The translations under genes and the position numbers were made by a program. The notes under the pieces were generated by a model that had not been told where the DNA came from, did not search any database, and saw only the letters and a list, made by a program, of their open reading frames with translations. This document shows positions 38,444-52,029 of a stretch of DNA of 64,000 nucleotides, piece by piece; positions within the stretch are counted from its first letter, which is position 1, and each line of letters opens with the position of its first letter. The stretch comes from Octopus bimaculoides (Eukaryota). The stretch lies in the NCBI RefSeq assembly GCF_001194135.2, contig NC_068990.1, positions 78,683,258 through 78,747,257 on the forward strand. The letters are read 5' to 3'.

Positions 38444-39989
38444 CCCATGTATGTCTGTCACCATCATAATTTTCATGTCAGTTTTCCCTGCTGGCAAGGA
38501 TGGGACAGTTCTGTAGGTTTCAGTAAGTTAGAGAACCACATCTTTTTCCAATGTTTCATTTTTGGAATGGTTTCTACATCTTGAAGCCCTTCATAAAACC
38601 AACCCCTTAACTTGGGATAATGTATGCTTTCTATAGCACTAGAACTATTGGGGTTGTCTTACCACCAGAAAACTGAAAGAGAGCCCTTAATAATGGAAAA
38701 AAAAGAAATGTATGATGAGAGGTCAAAGTTAAAGAGAGACATCAGAGTTTTACATTGTCTTTGTTTGCAAAAATTGGCCGTAATTGGAGGAACTGAAGAG
38801 CACAGGAGGTTCATACAGAGAGAAACAGTGTGAAAGAAGTAGAAGAGAAGAGAAATAGAATGAGGAAGAGAAAGTTGAGAGTGAAGAGTGAAGGGAAGGA
38901 AAAAGATGAAGGAAAAAGAGGAGAGCTGAAGGATGAGAAAGGATTTATAAAACTAAGAGGAGGAGGTGTAAGAGTAGAAGGATAAATGTTCGTTTAGATC
39001 TGTTGGTGACATGGTGCCAAATTTGAATATGAAATGTTCTCCCCTCCATTCCATTTAGAATGTAAATCCATGGTGTGTAGCAATGCCATATACTGAAGAG
39101 TGATGGAATGGTCTGAAGTGTTGAAGTGTCGGGGGAAAAGTTGACCTGGCATATGTAGTAATATGCTTTAAATCATCATCATCATCATTGTTTAAGGTCC
39201 GCTTTCCATGCTGGCATGGGTTGGATGGTTTCACTTAGGACTAGTGAGCCAGGAGGCTGCACCAGGCTCCAATCTGATCTGGCAAAGTTTCTACAGTTGG
39301 ATGCCTTTCCACTCTGAGAGTGTAGTGGGTGCTTTTATGTGCCACCGGCACAAGGGCCAGTCAGGTGGTTCTCGCAATGACCACGCTCAAAAGGTGTTTT
39401 TTACGTGCTACCTGCATGGGAGCCAGTCCAGTGGCACTGACAACGAAAGTAGGAGAAAGTAGGAGAGCAGTGGATGGTCAATGTTTGGGACCCGGTGGAG
39501 TGCAGGCTCCACAACTGGTCAGGGGTACACTCAATTCAGAAAGAATTATTGCATTTTCTCTCTTTGGGATTCAAAATCTGAATCAATGTTGAAGAGCTGA
39601 TGAAGGTGAAGGAATTGAGAAACTGGTTTGACAGATTTAGCTGCATGGGACCGAGTCAAGCAGTTCTAAATAATATATTTAACTCCTACTAAATGATGTG
39701 TTCAGTGTCTTTTCCTTTTGTTTGTTTATTTGCCTGCACACACACACACATGTATATCCATGCCATACATATGTGTGTGTGTGTGTGTGTGTATAAATAT
39801 ATCTGTATCTATAAATATTGATATTTTAATTCAGTGAATTTTTTCATGTTTTTTTTTTTTCTTAAATGATTGCAACAACCATGAATAATACAAGAGAAGT
39901 TACCATTCATATTGAGACGACGACCACCACCCCCGTCAACCACCACCACCACCATGTCGTCATCACTGTCATTGCCTTTCTGTTTCTCC

Positions 39990-41120
39990 ATGCTTGCATG
40001 GATCTTGGATTAATCGAATCTTCTCCAACATCTCAAAGCTTAATGTGGTCCCTTGCCATCTCCTTTGTGAGAGGTCCAACATCTTAAGGTCAATCTCTTT
40101 GTCTTCTGATTCTTCTGATTCTTCCATTTGAATCAGTTCTTCTTAAACAGTCTCTCATCCTTAATATCCATCACATTCTCTCCTCTTGCATATTATGGCT
40201 GATTCCTTGTATGCCTGGCTTTTCTCTCAGCTCATTTCTGGCCTCAACTCCATTCCTGTGCATAGCATTCTGCCTCCAATCAAGCATGCATTCTTCATTT
40301 CTTTCTTCACTTCATGCATTCTTGTTATTTAAGGCTTAAGCTTTGTTACCCTGCAGTATTACATTCCATACACAAGTATCACACATCTTGTCTTTCTCTC
40401 AAAGACACAAAGAATCCCTTTGTTGTCGGTAGAAGTACTAGTTCCCTCAACCCTTTCTTCCTTGTTCTTATCTGGCTACTCTGTTTTCAGAACACCCATC
40501 TCCATTGCTAATTATGTAACCAAAGCAACCATCTCTACTTCTAATTATGTAACCAAGATAACAAAAGCTGTCAACTACTTCTAAGGATCTTCTTGAGTAT
40601 TCAAAAGGATTCATGTCTTTGACTACTTCTGTGTCTCCACTGGACTACTTCTCTATATTTGCTACACTGTACATCTACTCTTCGACTTGCGTATCTGCTA
40701 GACATGAAATTCTTCTCCTCTGTTAACCTTATTTCTGATCCTGCTGCATGTCTTTTACAGCCTTAATCTTGACATCATGCAACAATTCTCATTTGCTCCT
40801 TTTCTAGATATTAAACATGGCCACTTCCTAGAAAGCAGGAAGGTCCTGTCTTGTTTTCTGCTAAAACGTTTGACTATTTGATTCTTGCTTTCATGTTTGA
40901 AATTTCTTTTCTTCTTCAACAAATTCAGCTGAGAACTTGGTCACTGAAGTTCCTATGGAGAGCCAATCTTAAATTCTTTGCTATGACCTGAAGGACTACA
41001 ATAAACAGGAAGGAACTAAGTACCAAGTCCTCATAGACATCTACTGGAATACTAAATTGTTTTTTGAACTCCTTGCTAAGTCTGTGATGTGTGAGGATTA
41101 GCATGTCAAAGAATGGACCC
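39990..41120 (-). mobile_element. Decayed RTE-type LINE C-terminal remnant
   Basis: Minus strand DTCVWNVILQG...ERNEECMLDW...LREKPGIQGISHNMQEERM*W, resembling the RTE segment YDACVRTAMLHG...LREKLGIRGI...RLRW. Confidence 0.6.
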
Positions 41121-41342
41121 AATGTTCCCTTTGTGTGTCATAAAATGTGACTAAAAGAGGTTGTAGGATTTGTACTGCAACCTTGTAAAGGCCTCACCTG
41201 CAATGACTGTCCAAAACAGACCCCCCCCCCATGAGTTGGAGGGTTGTTGCCTGAAGAGTACAAAGGTGTCATCGGCCAAGAGTAGGGAATCACCAACGAA
41301 TGGTGGATGCAGTATATCACTCTGTTACAGTGCATGCCTTCA

Positions 41343-41421
<79 letters not shown>

Positions 41422-42014
41422 TCTTCTTCTTCTTCTTCTTCTTCCTGAATCTCACCTGTCTGTGGTTTGCGTACTGCTTGCAAAAACCACTCGTCTACTT
41501 TTTAGTTGTCTTAGTAACCACCAGGTTACAGAGCATGGCACCTTGTCAAAGGCCTTCCTCAGCTCATCAAATGCTAACTACAGGGTGTCCACAGGATTAA
41601 CACATACTTTAAGAAATTAATATTTCTTATATCTAATTGTTTATGTTATGATTTTATTTACTCCATGTACCCAGACCTTGTGGACACCCTGTATAATGGC
41701 TCACTCTTTGATTATAACTTCTGTAATTTCTTCCCTTGCAACAGACATCTGTGGTATCACCAGGTTACAAACCTGAACTGTGTGTCAACAAAACTAATCC
41801 CTTTCTTAATTAGTTCTGCTCTAACTAATTCTGTTCCTTCCAAAATTTCGTCCATCACTGTTGTTGCTTCTTTCTAGAACATCTTCTTTGTCCTCGTAGC
41901 AGTAAAACTTGTTGGAGATGATAACTTCTTGTACTATCTCATTGACTTTGCTATCAAAACCACCACTACTACACTATTCAAATTCTGCTCACTTTTTACT
42001 GTGTCTGCCTCCAG

Positions 42015-42110
42015 GTGGCCTCACTAGTCAACCTTGCTTCCAACTATCTGAATGCTGACCTAGACGCCACCCGATATGGGACAGCTCATCAGAGTATTGT
42101 ACCTTATCAA
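42015..42110 (+). CDS. SUGCT: SUGCT exon 9 (96 nt)
   Basis: tccag|...|gtaag = VASLVNLASNYLNADLDATRYGTAHQSIVPYQ. Confidence 0.97.
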
Positions 42111-43683
42111 GTAAGTAAACTTCTCCAAAATTGTCTAAATGTACTTAATGAGGGTTAGTGTGGAAAAAAACAAACAATTAACTAAAATAGAGAATCATTT
42201 ATGTTTGTAATATTATGTGCTACATAAGGGCAGTGAGCTGACAGAATCATCGGCCCAGGATGGGGGGGAATGTTTTGTGGCATTTTGTCTGTCTTTATGC
42301 TCTGAGTTCAAATTTGACCAAGGTTGACTTTCATCCTTTCAGGGTCGATAAAATAAGTACCATTTGAACACTGGGGTTGATGTAATTGACTTACCCACTG
42401 CCCCAAAATTGTTGGCCTTGTGCTAAAAATTTGAAACCAAAATCATGGGTTGCATGTTTGTGGGGAGAAACTGAAATTGTGGGCAAGGCATGAATCTTTA
42501 TTTATCAAGAAGTATGAATTACATATTTGCCTGTAGGTCTATGCATTTGTGTGTATTCCTCACTATAGACACACACACACACACACACACACACACAAGC
42601 ATATATGTTCAGTGTTTTAATATCTAGTTTTTCCTGCTGGCATGGGTTGGAGGTCTGCTACACAACATATCTTTGTCGCCAACCCCCTTTCATCCTTTCT
42701 TAGAGGACACAATTGTCTGACGATGAGTATTGGTTGATCGACCAAATCAATTTCTCTTTCAATTAATATGCAATGTGGTTGAGTGCTCCACAGACATGTG
42801 TGCCTTTAAAGTAATTCCCAAAGAGAACCAGCATGATACAGTGACAAGGCCGGGCTTTTTGAATATCACAGGGGGCTTCCTCATAGTTTCCATTATCCCA
42901 ATTTCTTTTACAAGTTTTGGCTTGGCCTGAAACTCTGGTAATGGACCCTCATCTCAGATGCCTTGTCAGGGATTGAATCTAGAACCCTATGATTGGGAAG
43001 TAAATTCCTTAATCATTTGGCCAAGATAAAGCAACAACACCAATAACACTGTGTAACACGATTTTTGTCCTTGGGTAGAAACTGTTATTTCCTGTTTACT
43101 TATCCTTTGAAAATATGAAAAATGGCTGATATTTCCTTCAAATTTTGCCTTTGTTATGATATTTATTGAAATCCCAAAGAATCCCTCTCAGTACTTGACT
43201 ATGTTGCTCTCTTACTACTCCTGCTCCTGATCAGAGATGCACATATTGTCAACCACTAAGGGACATATACTCAAGTGGATAAGGTCAAACAACTGACAAA
43301 CAAATCTGTGGTATTGAGCAGAATATTTGCTATAACGATATTTCTGCTTCAGCAACTCAATGCTGAATCTGTGTGAAATGTAATGGAAAATAGGTCAGTT
43401 TCAAAACATTGATGTCCAGGTGACAAAAGCAAAGTTTGAAGGGAATAGCAGTCATTTCCTTTGGTTTCTAGATAGAAGCAAAGAGGAAATAATACTTATT
43501 GACTGAAGACAAAATAAATGAATAAAAATGTTGTTACTCTGTGTAATTAACAGAGAAAAATTCAGTTTTCTGTTTCTATAGTTGTTATTTCATTATACAT
43601 CTGACTCCAGATATGACCCTCACCACTTAGTCTCTCTTTAGTTTCTCTCTATTAATATCTGAATCTTTCTCTCTCCATTTCAG

Positions 43684-43755
43684 GCATTTTCAACATCTGA
43701 TGGTTATTTACTGGTCGGGGCTAACAATGACAATCAGTTTAAGGTCCTGTGTAAG
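43684..43755 (+). CDS. SUGCT: SUGCT exon 10 (72 nt)
   Basis: ttcag|...|gtaag = [24 protein letters not shown]. Confidence 0.97.
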
Positions 43756-45288
43756 GTAAGGGATGGCTTTGATAGCTATGTCTTTGTGCACATGTGTGGG
43801 TGGGTGTGAGAGTGTGTGTGAGTGGGAGAGAGAGAGAGAGAGAGAGTGAGTGTGTGTGTGTGTGTGTGTGCACGTGACTTCTCCTCAATAAGATCCTTTA
43901 CAGGTAAACTTTACCTTGACCAATATCTGGCTGGAGAACCAGACGACTGAAGATCAGTTTTGAAACGGAACAACATCAACTCTTGTAAAAGAGGAGGACA
44001 TTACTGCTGGCTCTTCGTTATTTTAGCAGTTTTATTGTTAGAGTGGGGGTGGGCGGGAGTGTGGAAGATTGGTTCACAAAATGGGGGAGTGGGGAAATGC
44101 GCATATAATAAGTTAGAATTGCCTGAAGGATCAGAATAGTAAAAAAAAAANNNNNNNNNNAATGAAGTAAACGAAGCAGCTTCAAGCAATTCTTCAACTC
44201 ACTTTTGGAACATTTTCTCCTTTTTTACATCCAAGCATGTGTGTGTGTGTGTGTGTGTGTGCGTGCGTGCGTGTGTGTGTGTGTGTGTGCGTGTGTGTGT
44301 GTGTGTCTATACATGTATACACACACACATTCAGGTTTATTGCACAACTAGATGGACCTGAATGACTGCGCCTAGCTCATGGTTTACTTTTTCCCCTTCG
44401 TTTTTTACAGCTGGATACCCTTCCTAACAGCAAACACTTTCTGGACTGGGCGAGGTTTTATGTCAGGTCCTCAACATGTCTAAACAGTTTTCACTTTCTT
44501 GTACTTCACAGAATGTACTGGAGATATTTTTCATGGCAGCAGAACTAAAGTGTTAGTCATGTTCTGGACTTGAATAAGGGGACTTCCTGACCCCTTATCT
44601 CTACTTACTCTGCCATCCCCTTTACAAAGTGGTGGGGTGGAGCAAGGAAGAATGATAGTGAGAAGAGGAATGTGTGATCTGTAGGGTGAGTTATGGGGGG
44701 ATGAGCCCCAGAAATGTGGAGAAAATTCATCAGCTTATGCATGAGAATCGATGGAAGACAATCACTGACATTTTGAAGCATTTGAAGGAGGACATTTGGT
44801 GAAAGCAAGCAGATCTGTAGAGTGCAAAGAATTGGATTCTTCAGGATGCTTACGAATTTCTCACCAAAGACAACATGGTCCTATTAGCCAGATTTTGTAT
44901 CTGCAGACTTCCATCTCTTCCCCACCAAGATGAAAATGGAGCTCAAAGGTTGCTGTTTGAACACCATTGTCAAGATCAACAACAAATTGTAGAAGGTTCT
45001 CGACTCGCTTATGGAAAACGACTTCTAGGCCAGATTCCAAAAGTGGAAGGAACGTTGGGACTGGGGTATTGGTGTGCAATTTGACTATTTCAAAGGAGAC
45101 GGGGTTAAAACTTAAGTAAATAAGTTACTTTTTTTATTAAACACAGCTAGTCCGAGCACCTTTTTGATACCACCTTATATGTTTACATATTTACATATTT
45201 ACCTAATAATACACGCAAATATACACCTGTCTGTCTTTCTATGAGACATTTTTCAAGGAGTACGAATCTGTTATTCTTTCCCTGCCAG

Positions 45289-45386
45289 GTTCTACAAGCT
45301 GAAGATCTGGCCCAAGATGACAGATTCAAAAGCAACCAGAAAAGAGTCCTTAATCGAGATGTTCTTATCAAAAGACTTTCAGGAAT
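45289..45386 (+). CDS. SUGCT: SUGCT exon 11 (98 nt)
   Basis: gccag|...AT|gtgag = VLQAEDLAQDDRFKSNQKRVLNRDVLIKRLSG(I). Confidence 0.95.
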
Positions 45387-45489
45387 GTGAGTAACTTTGA
45401 TTCCTTTCATTGAAGACTATTTTGGCAAATTCTTTGTTCAACTTCTCTCATCATTGAAATTCATCTTTTTATGCTTACCCAGATGATTA

Positions 45490-45800
45490 ATGGTGAAGGT
45501 ACGTGGCTTAGTGGTTAGGCTATTCCACACACAATGCATTCGATTCCTGGTGCTGTGTTGTGGCCTTGAGCAAGACACTTCATTTCACTTTATTGCTCCT
45601 GTCCTTTCAGCTGGCAAAAAGAGTTGTACCTGTAATTCACAAGGGGCCAGTCTTGTCACATTCTGTGTCATGCTGAATCTCCCTGAGAACTACATTCAGG
45701 GTATGCATGTGTCTGTGGAGCGCTCAACCACTTGCCCATTAATTTTACAAGTAGGCTGTTCCATTGATTGGATCAACTGGAACACCCGTCGTCATCACCT
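45490..45800 (+). mobile_element. SINE family D. Partial copies at about 24385-24545(-), 30630-30780(-), 50045-50195(-)
   Basis: A-box TGGCTTAGTGG, B-box TTCGATTCC, CCTTGAGCAAGACACTT, tail GGCTGTTCC.TTGAT.GGATCAACTGGAA. Confidence 0.78.
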
Positions 45801-46039
45801 ATGCAGTGTCAAGATGATTAATGGCTGTGTTAGTAAGGACATAACTGGAACCTAAAATTCCAGCTTCTCAGGCCATTGTTGTTGTTATTTAGTCTTAAGT
45901 CAGCCTTGGCTGAGCAGATCTAAGACTGAAAGTGTTCCAGCATGACCTGTTCTTTTTTCTTGGGTATTTCTTATTTAGGATTATACGAGGGGTTTTCATT
46001 AAAGATTTCCTCTGACTCACTTCCAATTATTGCAGGAAA

Positions 46040-46440
46040 TGGAACTTGTACAGGTATAATCATACATGTCTCTACATGTCACATTGTAAATTACAGCTTT
46101 CAGTGAACTACCTTATATATGGCTCTACTTCTCTTAGTTCAACTACTGGTGGTAGTTCATTAAACTCCACCACAAATCCTGGTGGTTCAACATTACATTT
46201 TTCTTTCAACCTACCATACTTTTCCTTGTCAATCAAAATTGCTTTCACATTTTCCCCGTACATCTCCTTGGCTAACTTCACCCTTATAACTGATTTCAGT
46301 TTGGATATCATTTTCTCTGTGTTTACATCTTTGACATACATTACAAAATTCCAATTGTATTTACCCCACTTTCTCGTTTGTTTCCCATCTTCCACTCTTG
46401 GCGTCACTTCTTCCCTTTCAGTTCATGTCGCTGTTTCTTT
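46040..46440 (-). mobile_element. LINE ORF2 linker-region remnant
   Basis: Lys/Glu-rich 99-aa ORF 46407-46108 ending ELREVEPYIR, resembling the endonuclease-RT linker; no catalytic motif visible. Confidence 0.4.
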
Positions 46441-46615
46441 CTGTTGCTGTTATAAATTTATTATGTATGATATACGATATATATATAGTTATAAATAATA
46501 AAATACGATTACAATTATAAAGTGAATAAAAATCTGGAAAGAGAAGGAATTTATGTTTTAAATAAAAAAGGGGAAATTTTCTTGTAATTCTTGTTTGTTT
46601 CATTTCATTGAACAG

Positions 46616-46718
46616 TTTTGGTGAGAAAACAACTGATTTTTGGTTGGAGAAGATGGAAGGATGTAATTTTTCTTATGGTCCAATAAATAATCTGAAGCAA
46701 GTGTTTAATGACCAGCAG
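46616..46718 (+). CDS. SUGCT: SUGCT exon 12 (103 nt)
   Basis: aacag|T TTT...CAG|gtgag = (I)FGEKTTDFWLEKMEGCNFSYGPINNLKQVFNDQQ. Confidence 0.96.
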
Positions 46719-47920
46719 GTGAGTATTTTAGTAATTTGTATCTGTGGAATAAGGCAGGGACATTGCCCATATCTTGAGCAGGGGGAGGGTAGCACCCTTG
46801 GAATATGAATGACAAGATATAGAGTGAGGTGCGTAGAATTAATTGGAATTTTGACTGAAGTATGATATAAAATAATATGTGTTGCATGTAGGGCAGTATT
46901 TAAGCATAGTTTGTATTGAAAAACCTGATAAACATATGGGACACATGGTAGTAGAAATAATTATGGTTGAGCCAGAGGTCAGTCCTGACTGTGAAGGACA
47001 AAGACATTCCAAATGTGATCATTCCATCTTTGTTTTAAGTATAAAGTATCTAGGATTACATTAGTATGGATACATTTATCATCTCTTCTCTTTGTAAGGG
47101 TGTGATTTGAGGGAGATTTAGCTGTTATTTATAGCTGTTTGAAAAATCACAAAAAAAACCCTTTCTTTGTCTTGGACACATGGTTGTTGCAGATAAAGGG
47201 TTTTGGAATAGAAGACATTTGTAGTATTTGCTGAATGGTTTAGGGAAAACAAAGACAGATGTTTTTATAAAAAGTAGAAACAGGTTTAACCTGAAGCAGG
47301 AAATGACTTTTAAAACCATACATGCCCATCACTTAAGAAATATTTGTTGTTATTGGTACCTACAATCAGTTGTGTCCCAGTATATTTATACATGGAAATA
47401 ACCTGTTAGACTGCCTGGGGTCATAGACCTCAATAGAAACATCAAAGGGAGCATTGCATCCTTCTTCAAGTAATGTTTGGATGTCTGCAGTGCCAGGCGA
47501 TAGAATCGGTAAATTATATGACTGCAGTATCATGAGTAGGTGTATGGCAGCTTTAATTTCCTTGTGATCTATTGAGAAAGAATTGGAGATCCAGGATCTG
47601 GAGAAGAAGCTGGTTTTATGGACTAATATGCACTTATTAAAAAAAATTATATATCTGTGAAGTAAATGAAAGAAAGAAGATAGGTAAATATAGAGATAGA
47701 TAGATAGATAGATAGATAGAGAGAGAGGGAAAGAGAAAGTTAGAGAGAGATTTACTCATAGACTAGTTTTGTAGCAGTGTTCTGATTTATTGTTGTATAT
47801 TGTTATCCAATACCAATTCATCCATGACTCTTGAACTTACCAAAATATATTGAAATGGTGTCACTAACTGAACTATTCTAGTAAAATCTGGATTCTGTTG
47901 TTTCTCTTCTTATTTCAAAG

Positions 47921-47984
47921 GTGAAGGCTTGTGGATTAATTCAGGAAATTGACCATCCAACTATTGGGAAAGTTCGTTTGCCTG
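47921..47984 (+). CDS. SUGCT: SUGCT exon 13 (64 nt)
   Basis: caaag|...G|gtaag = VKACGLIQEIDHPTIGKVRLP(A). Confidence 0.95.
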
Positions 47985-50729
47985 GTAAGGAACTGACTCA
48001 GTTCTTCACTTTATTTCCCATATAGGGGCCATTATGATGAAAGCTGATAAGCTTCTAGAAAGATGCGTTTGTGTTTTCATTTTCATTTGATTTTTATTAC
48101 ACAAAACTAATTCTCTTTGGAAAGGTATGACAGTTAGACCGTTATATACAAAAGTATGAATGTTAGGCTACATTATATCCTAAGGTATGTGTGTTAGGTT
48201 GGGGTATATATGAAGGAATCCTTTTCTTTTTCTGATTGTAATATTGACAATTAATGGAAGATTTTATTGCAATGTGTTAGGTTGTGGTTTTTGCCTGACA
48301 TTGAGGATTTGAGACAATAATCCTTGGTTATGATTGATGTGAGAAGATTTTGCTCCTCAGAGGATTGCATTTGTTTAGCTGTGTTGGGTGAATTAGAAAT
48401 GAAGGATAGAAGAGGAGTCAATGTAGAGCTATCTAATCTAGGATTAGTTATCTGGATTAATGTTAAAGAGATATTATTTGATGTTGTGAGAGGAGTTGAA
48501 TTGATTAGGAAATGGTTAGTCGATCCACTGAGGACAGACAGTGGCAGAGGGATTGGAAAGAGAAAGAGAAATGATGAGTATTTGATAATCAGAATATGAG
48601 ACAGGGAATTGAAGAGGGAGATTAGCTTTAAATTTAACTTCTACTATAATGTCTGCTGGCCACAAATGTTTAAATAAATATTAGAGTGTCAAAGATGAAG
48701 GAATGGTTAGTGCCACACTCCTGGAAGAACTAATGCTACAGTTTAGAATATTGTCTTGGACTGTGATTTGGCCAAAAAACTGCCATCAAGTTGCCAAAAG
48801 AAGAATAAAATCTGATGTGATTGAGCGATCTGAAAACTAGGTTGACCGATTCTCTGAAATTCTGAGTTACATCTGTCTTTGGTACATTTTGACATTGAGG
48901 TGCAGTGAAGAACATAGCAAGGGGCTGTTGATTGTTCCCTTATCAAACCAGTCAGCAGTGACTCTATATTGCAGTGAGGAATGGATGTGAAATCACAGAA
49001 AAAGTTGCAATGAGAAAATGTCATATTTTATATAAATTCTATAAATAACAGCTAGATTAATTATTTGATTAATTGACAAATATATTACTTGCATATACTC
49101 ATCACAGTGTATATAACAATAGAACAGTTTATATAATTATAACATAGTAAATACAATGATATACAATGATAGTGCAGTTTATATAAAACCATACGAGAAA
49201 TAACCATGATTTATTCAATATCTTAAATAAAACAATAAATCAAACTCAAAACAAGGAAACCTCATAAAATCAATCAAAAGTCTGTGAGTTTTTTTTGTCT
49301 TGTGTGAATGGTTTCCTTGGCTTCATTTCATTAACCCAAAAGTCTTTGAGTCAGAAGTACTTCTACCTTCTCTCTTAAATTGTTTTCTTTCTACCAAACT
49401 ATTTATTGCAACTAATTCATATTTACCTTTATTTATTTATAAATGTCTTCATGTACACCTTAATTACTTCCATTTCAACATGTTTTCAGTGTAAAATATT
49501 ATTTTAGGATAAGGAAGACCCTCCACATGTGTCTGTCTATCAAATCGCTTCTTTGGCAAATTCCACAAAATCATTTAAAGAAGACAAACGTTTCTCTTTT
49601 CTTTGAGTGGTTCCTTACAAAGCATTTGTCCCTTCTTCCTCCCATGGGACACCAATAAACCTACTAAAAATAGCAACCAAATCTCCTTCAGATTACTCTA
49701 GAGCAATCTACTGAGGAGGTCAAGAGGAAGGAGCAGGGCTCTCCATCAAAAAAGAAAAAAACACATTAATGTCCCTTTTGAAGTTTTTTTTGTCAACATC
49801 AGGAGTGGGGGTGGGGGAGATAATTCTTGAGGGATGATATTCTGGGAAGGAAGGACTGGATGTGGGGCCATGAGGTGGATGGTGGTGGATACTTCAACAT
49901 AGTTGAACAACCAATGTTAGTTAAATGGGGATTCCAAGTACAAGTTGTACTCTTAACCCTTTTGATCCCTGAATCCCAAAATGTGGGTTTGCAACAGCTG
50001 CACTCCTGAGTCCTCATCTCACCCTTGTACACCAAAATCCATCACAAGGTGTGACCCATTTACTGCTGAGTGGACTGGGACAAAGTGAAATGAAGTGTTT
50101 TGCTCAAGAGCACAATGCATAGCTGGTCGTAGGAATTGAAAGCATGCTCTTGTAATTGCGAGTGTAACACGGTAGCCGCTGGGCCATGAGCATTCACCAT
50201 AATAAGGGTGATAGCAGGAAGATAGCCAAGTGAGATGGGATGTGTGAGTGGAGGTGGCACAGTGCCAGATGGTTTTCATGAGCAGAGACCATTATAGTAG
50301 TGGTAGAAAAGGGAGAGAGAGGAGACACAGCATGTTTGTGGGCAAGGTCTGTGAGTGGAATCATATCAGTTAATTAGGTGACCCCTTTTCTGAAAGTAAT
50401 CTGGGATGTCTGCAGCAGCAGCAGCAGCAGCAGCAGCACTGTTCCAAATGTGAAAGAAATGCTCCATTATGAGCTGCTCCTGAGCTTTGTTGAGAATCAA
50501 TAATTATTGCCAGCTGGAGCATCTTCTGTCTGTGTGAAGAGAAGGAGCAATCATTGGGACAGTCATGATAGGAGCATCTTTGATCAGGTTAATCCTGACG
50601 CTATACAACAATCCCTTTCATATTTTTAATTCCCCCTCACACAACCACTGACCTTACTTTTAGACACACAAATGTTATTCAAAGGTAAATTTGGTGAAAA
50701 TACTTAACATGTTTTTGTTTTTGTTGCAG

Positions 50730-50908
50730 CCCCAGCAGTGGAGTACAATTGTGAAGAAAACCAGGTTGACCCGCCGACAGCACCCCCTCTTCTAGGACAA
50801 CATACAAGAGAAATCCTGAAAGATATTTTAGATTTAAGCCATGAAGATATCAAGAGTTTATTATCCAAAGGGATTGTGGAATGTGCTACATTGTCAGATA
50901 ATAATTAA
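50730..50908 (+). CDS. SUGCT: SUGCT exon 14 (terminal, stop TAA 50906-50908)
   Basis: tgcag|CC CCA GCA GTG... = (A)PAVEYNCEENQVDPPTAPPLLGQHTREILKDILDLSHEDIKSLLSKGIVECATLSDNN*. Confidence 0.96.
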
Positions 50909-51792
50909 CATTTAGAGATTAAGCTAAATACAGGTTGTATGGGGGTGGTTGGTAGGTGGGGGTAGAGCTGGTTAACAAGGTTTAGAATCTTGTTTTACCT
51001 GCGTGGAGAGGTATTGATTGACATCTTTGAATATAGAACTGTGATATCATCCATTCTTGTAACCTTGTCGTCTACAGATATAGATCTATCCCCTTTGCTT
51101 AGATCTTTCGATAATCCCAGATCATTTGGGGTTTGTAAATAAGATTTATATATTTACCATAATATGATTCCAATTTCTTACCTAAATATTGCAGCTTTAA
51201 CAAAATCTGACGTTTTCTTTGATTTTTGCCTCAATTTCTGTTGTTTATTCTTCAACTTTCTTTCCATTATTAAAAGCAACTTTTGTAGATCAGAAAGAAA
51301 CAATGTTATAAAACGTGTTTATTTCTTTATTTTTCTATTTTGTCATTTAAAGATTGATTTGTAGAAGTTTTTCAAGAGAAAACTTCAAAATTTTGAATCA
51401 ATTCTAGTTTATTTCTGGTTTATTTCTGGTAATTATTTTATTAATTTTAGAAAGATGAAAGACAAAGAAAATGAAATCAAAATGTATCAAGAATATAATT
51501 ATAATTTTTGACTTCTTGTCTGCTACAATGTCTCATCAGTAACTGAAGAAACAGAATGCATTTGTGTGTGTTGGTACATCATCATCATCATCATCGCAAA
51601 GCATTGGTCAGCCTGGGGCTAGAGACACTGGCACCAAGGTGCCACACATTTAAATTGCTTACCATACTTCAATGAAAGTGCATACTGTAGGGGTTAGGTT
51701 TTTGGCTCATGATTGTAGGATGATGGTGTATGTAACCTTGGGTAAGTTACTTCATTTCAGATTGCTTAGGTGAAAAAGAGTTACATCTGTAG

Positions 51793-51823
<31 letters not shown>

Positions 51824-52023
51824 AGTCAATGTAAAATGCTGTGTTTATGTTAAAAGGTAACTCAACAAAATGGATGGCTGGGCTTTAACTTGGTTGGAAC
51901 CAGTAAAAGACTCAACAACACAGTATGGATATGAACTTCTCACATCATCACGTCAACACACAAACATTTGTTCTATGAGATGTCTATCTCATTCTATATC
52001 TTAAAAAAACAAAAACATTATTC

Positions 52024-52029
52024 AATAAA
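52024..52029 (+). terminator. Candidate SUGCT polyadenylation signal
   Basis: First canonical AATAAA seen downstream of the stop codon; an ATTAAA variant lies at 51269-51274. Confidence 0.3.

Larger units (their letters stand above)
10221..50908 (+). other. SUGCT: SUGCT gene span (14 predicted coding exons, 13 located), mitochondrial class III CoA-transferase
   Basis: Hand-spliced exons with GT-AG ends give a continuous CaiB/BaiF protein: MAPTSLRLFKLF...[26 protein letters not shown]...[10 protein letters not shown]...PPLLGQHT...*. Located exons total 1262 nt, so a missing 3n+1 nt exon 2 is needed. Confidence 0.96.

Noticed and set aside
45490-45560. tRNA-like A and B boxes
   Set aside because: SINE head without a complete cloverleaf. 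No genuine tRNA or rRNA gene was seen in the window.
47000-47560. Possible Penelope GIY-YIG coding remnant
   Set aside because: No convincing GIY/YIG or RT motif could be read in any frame.
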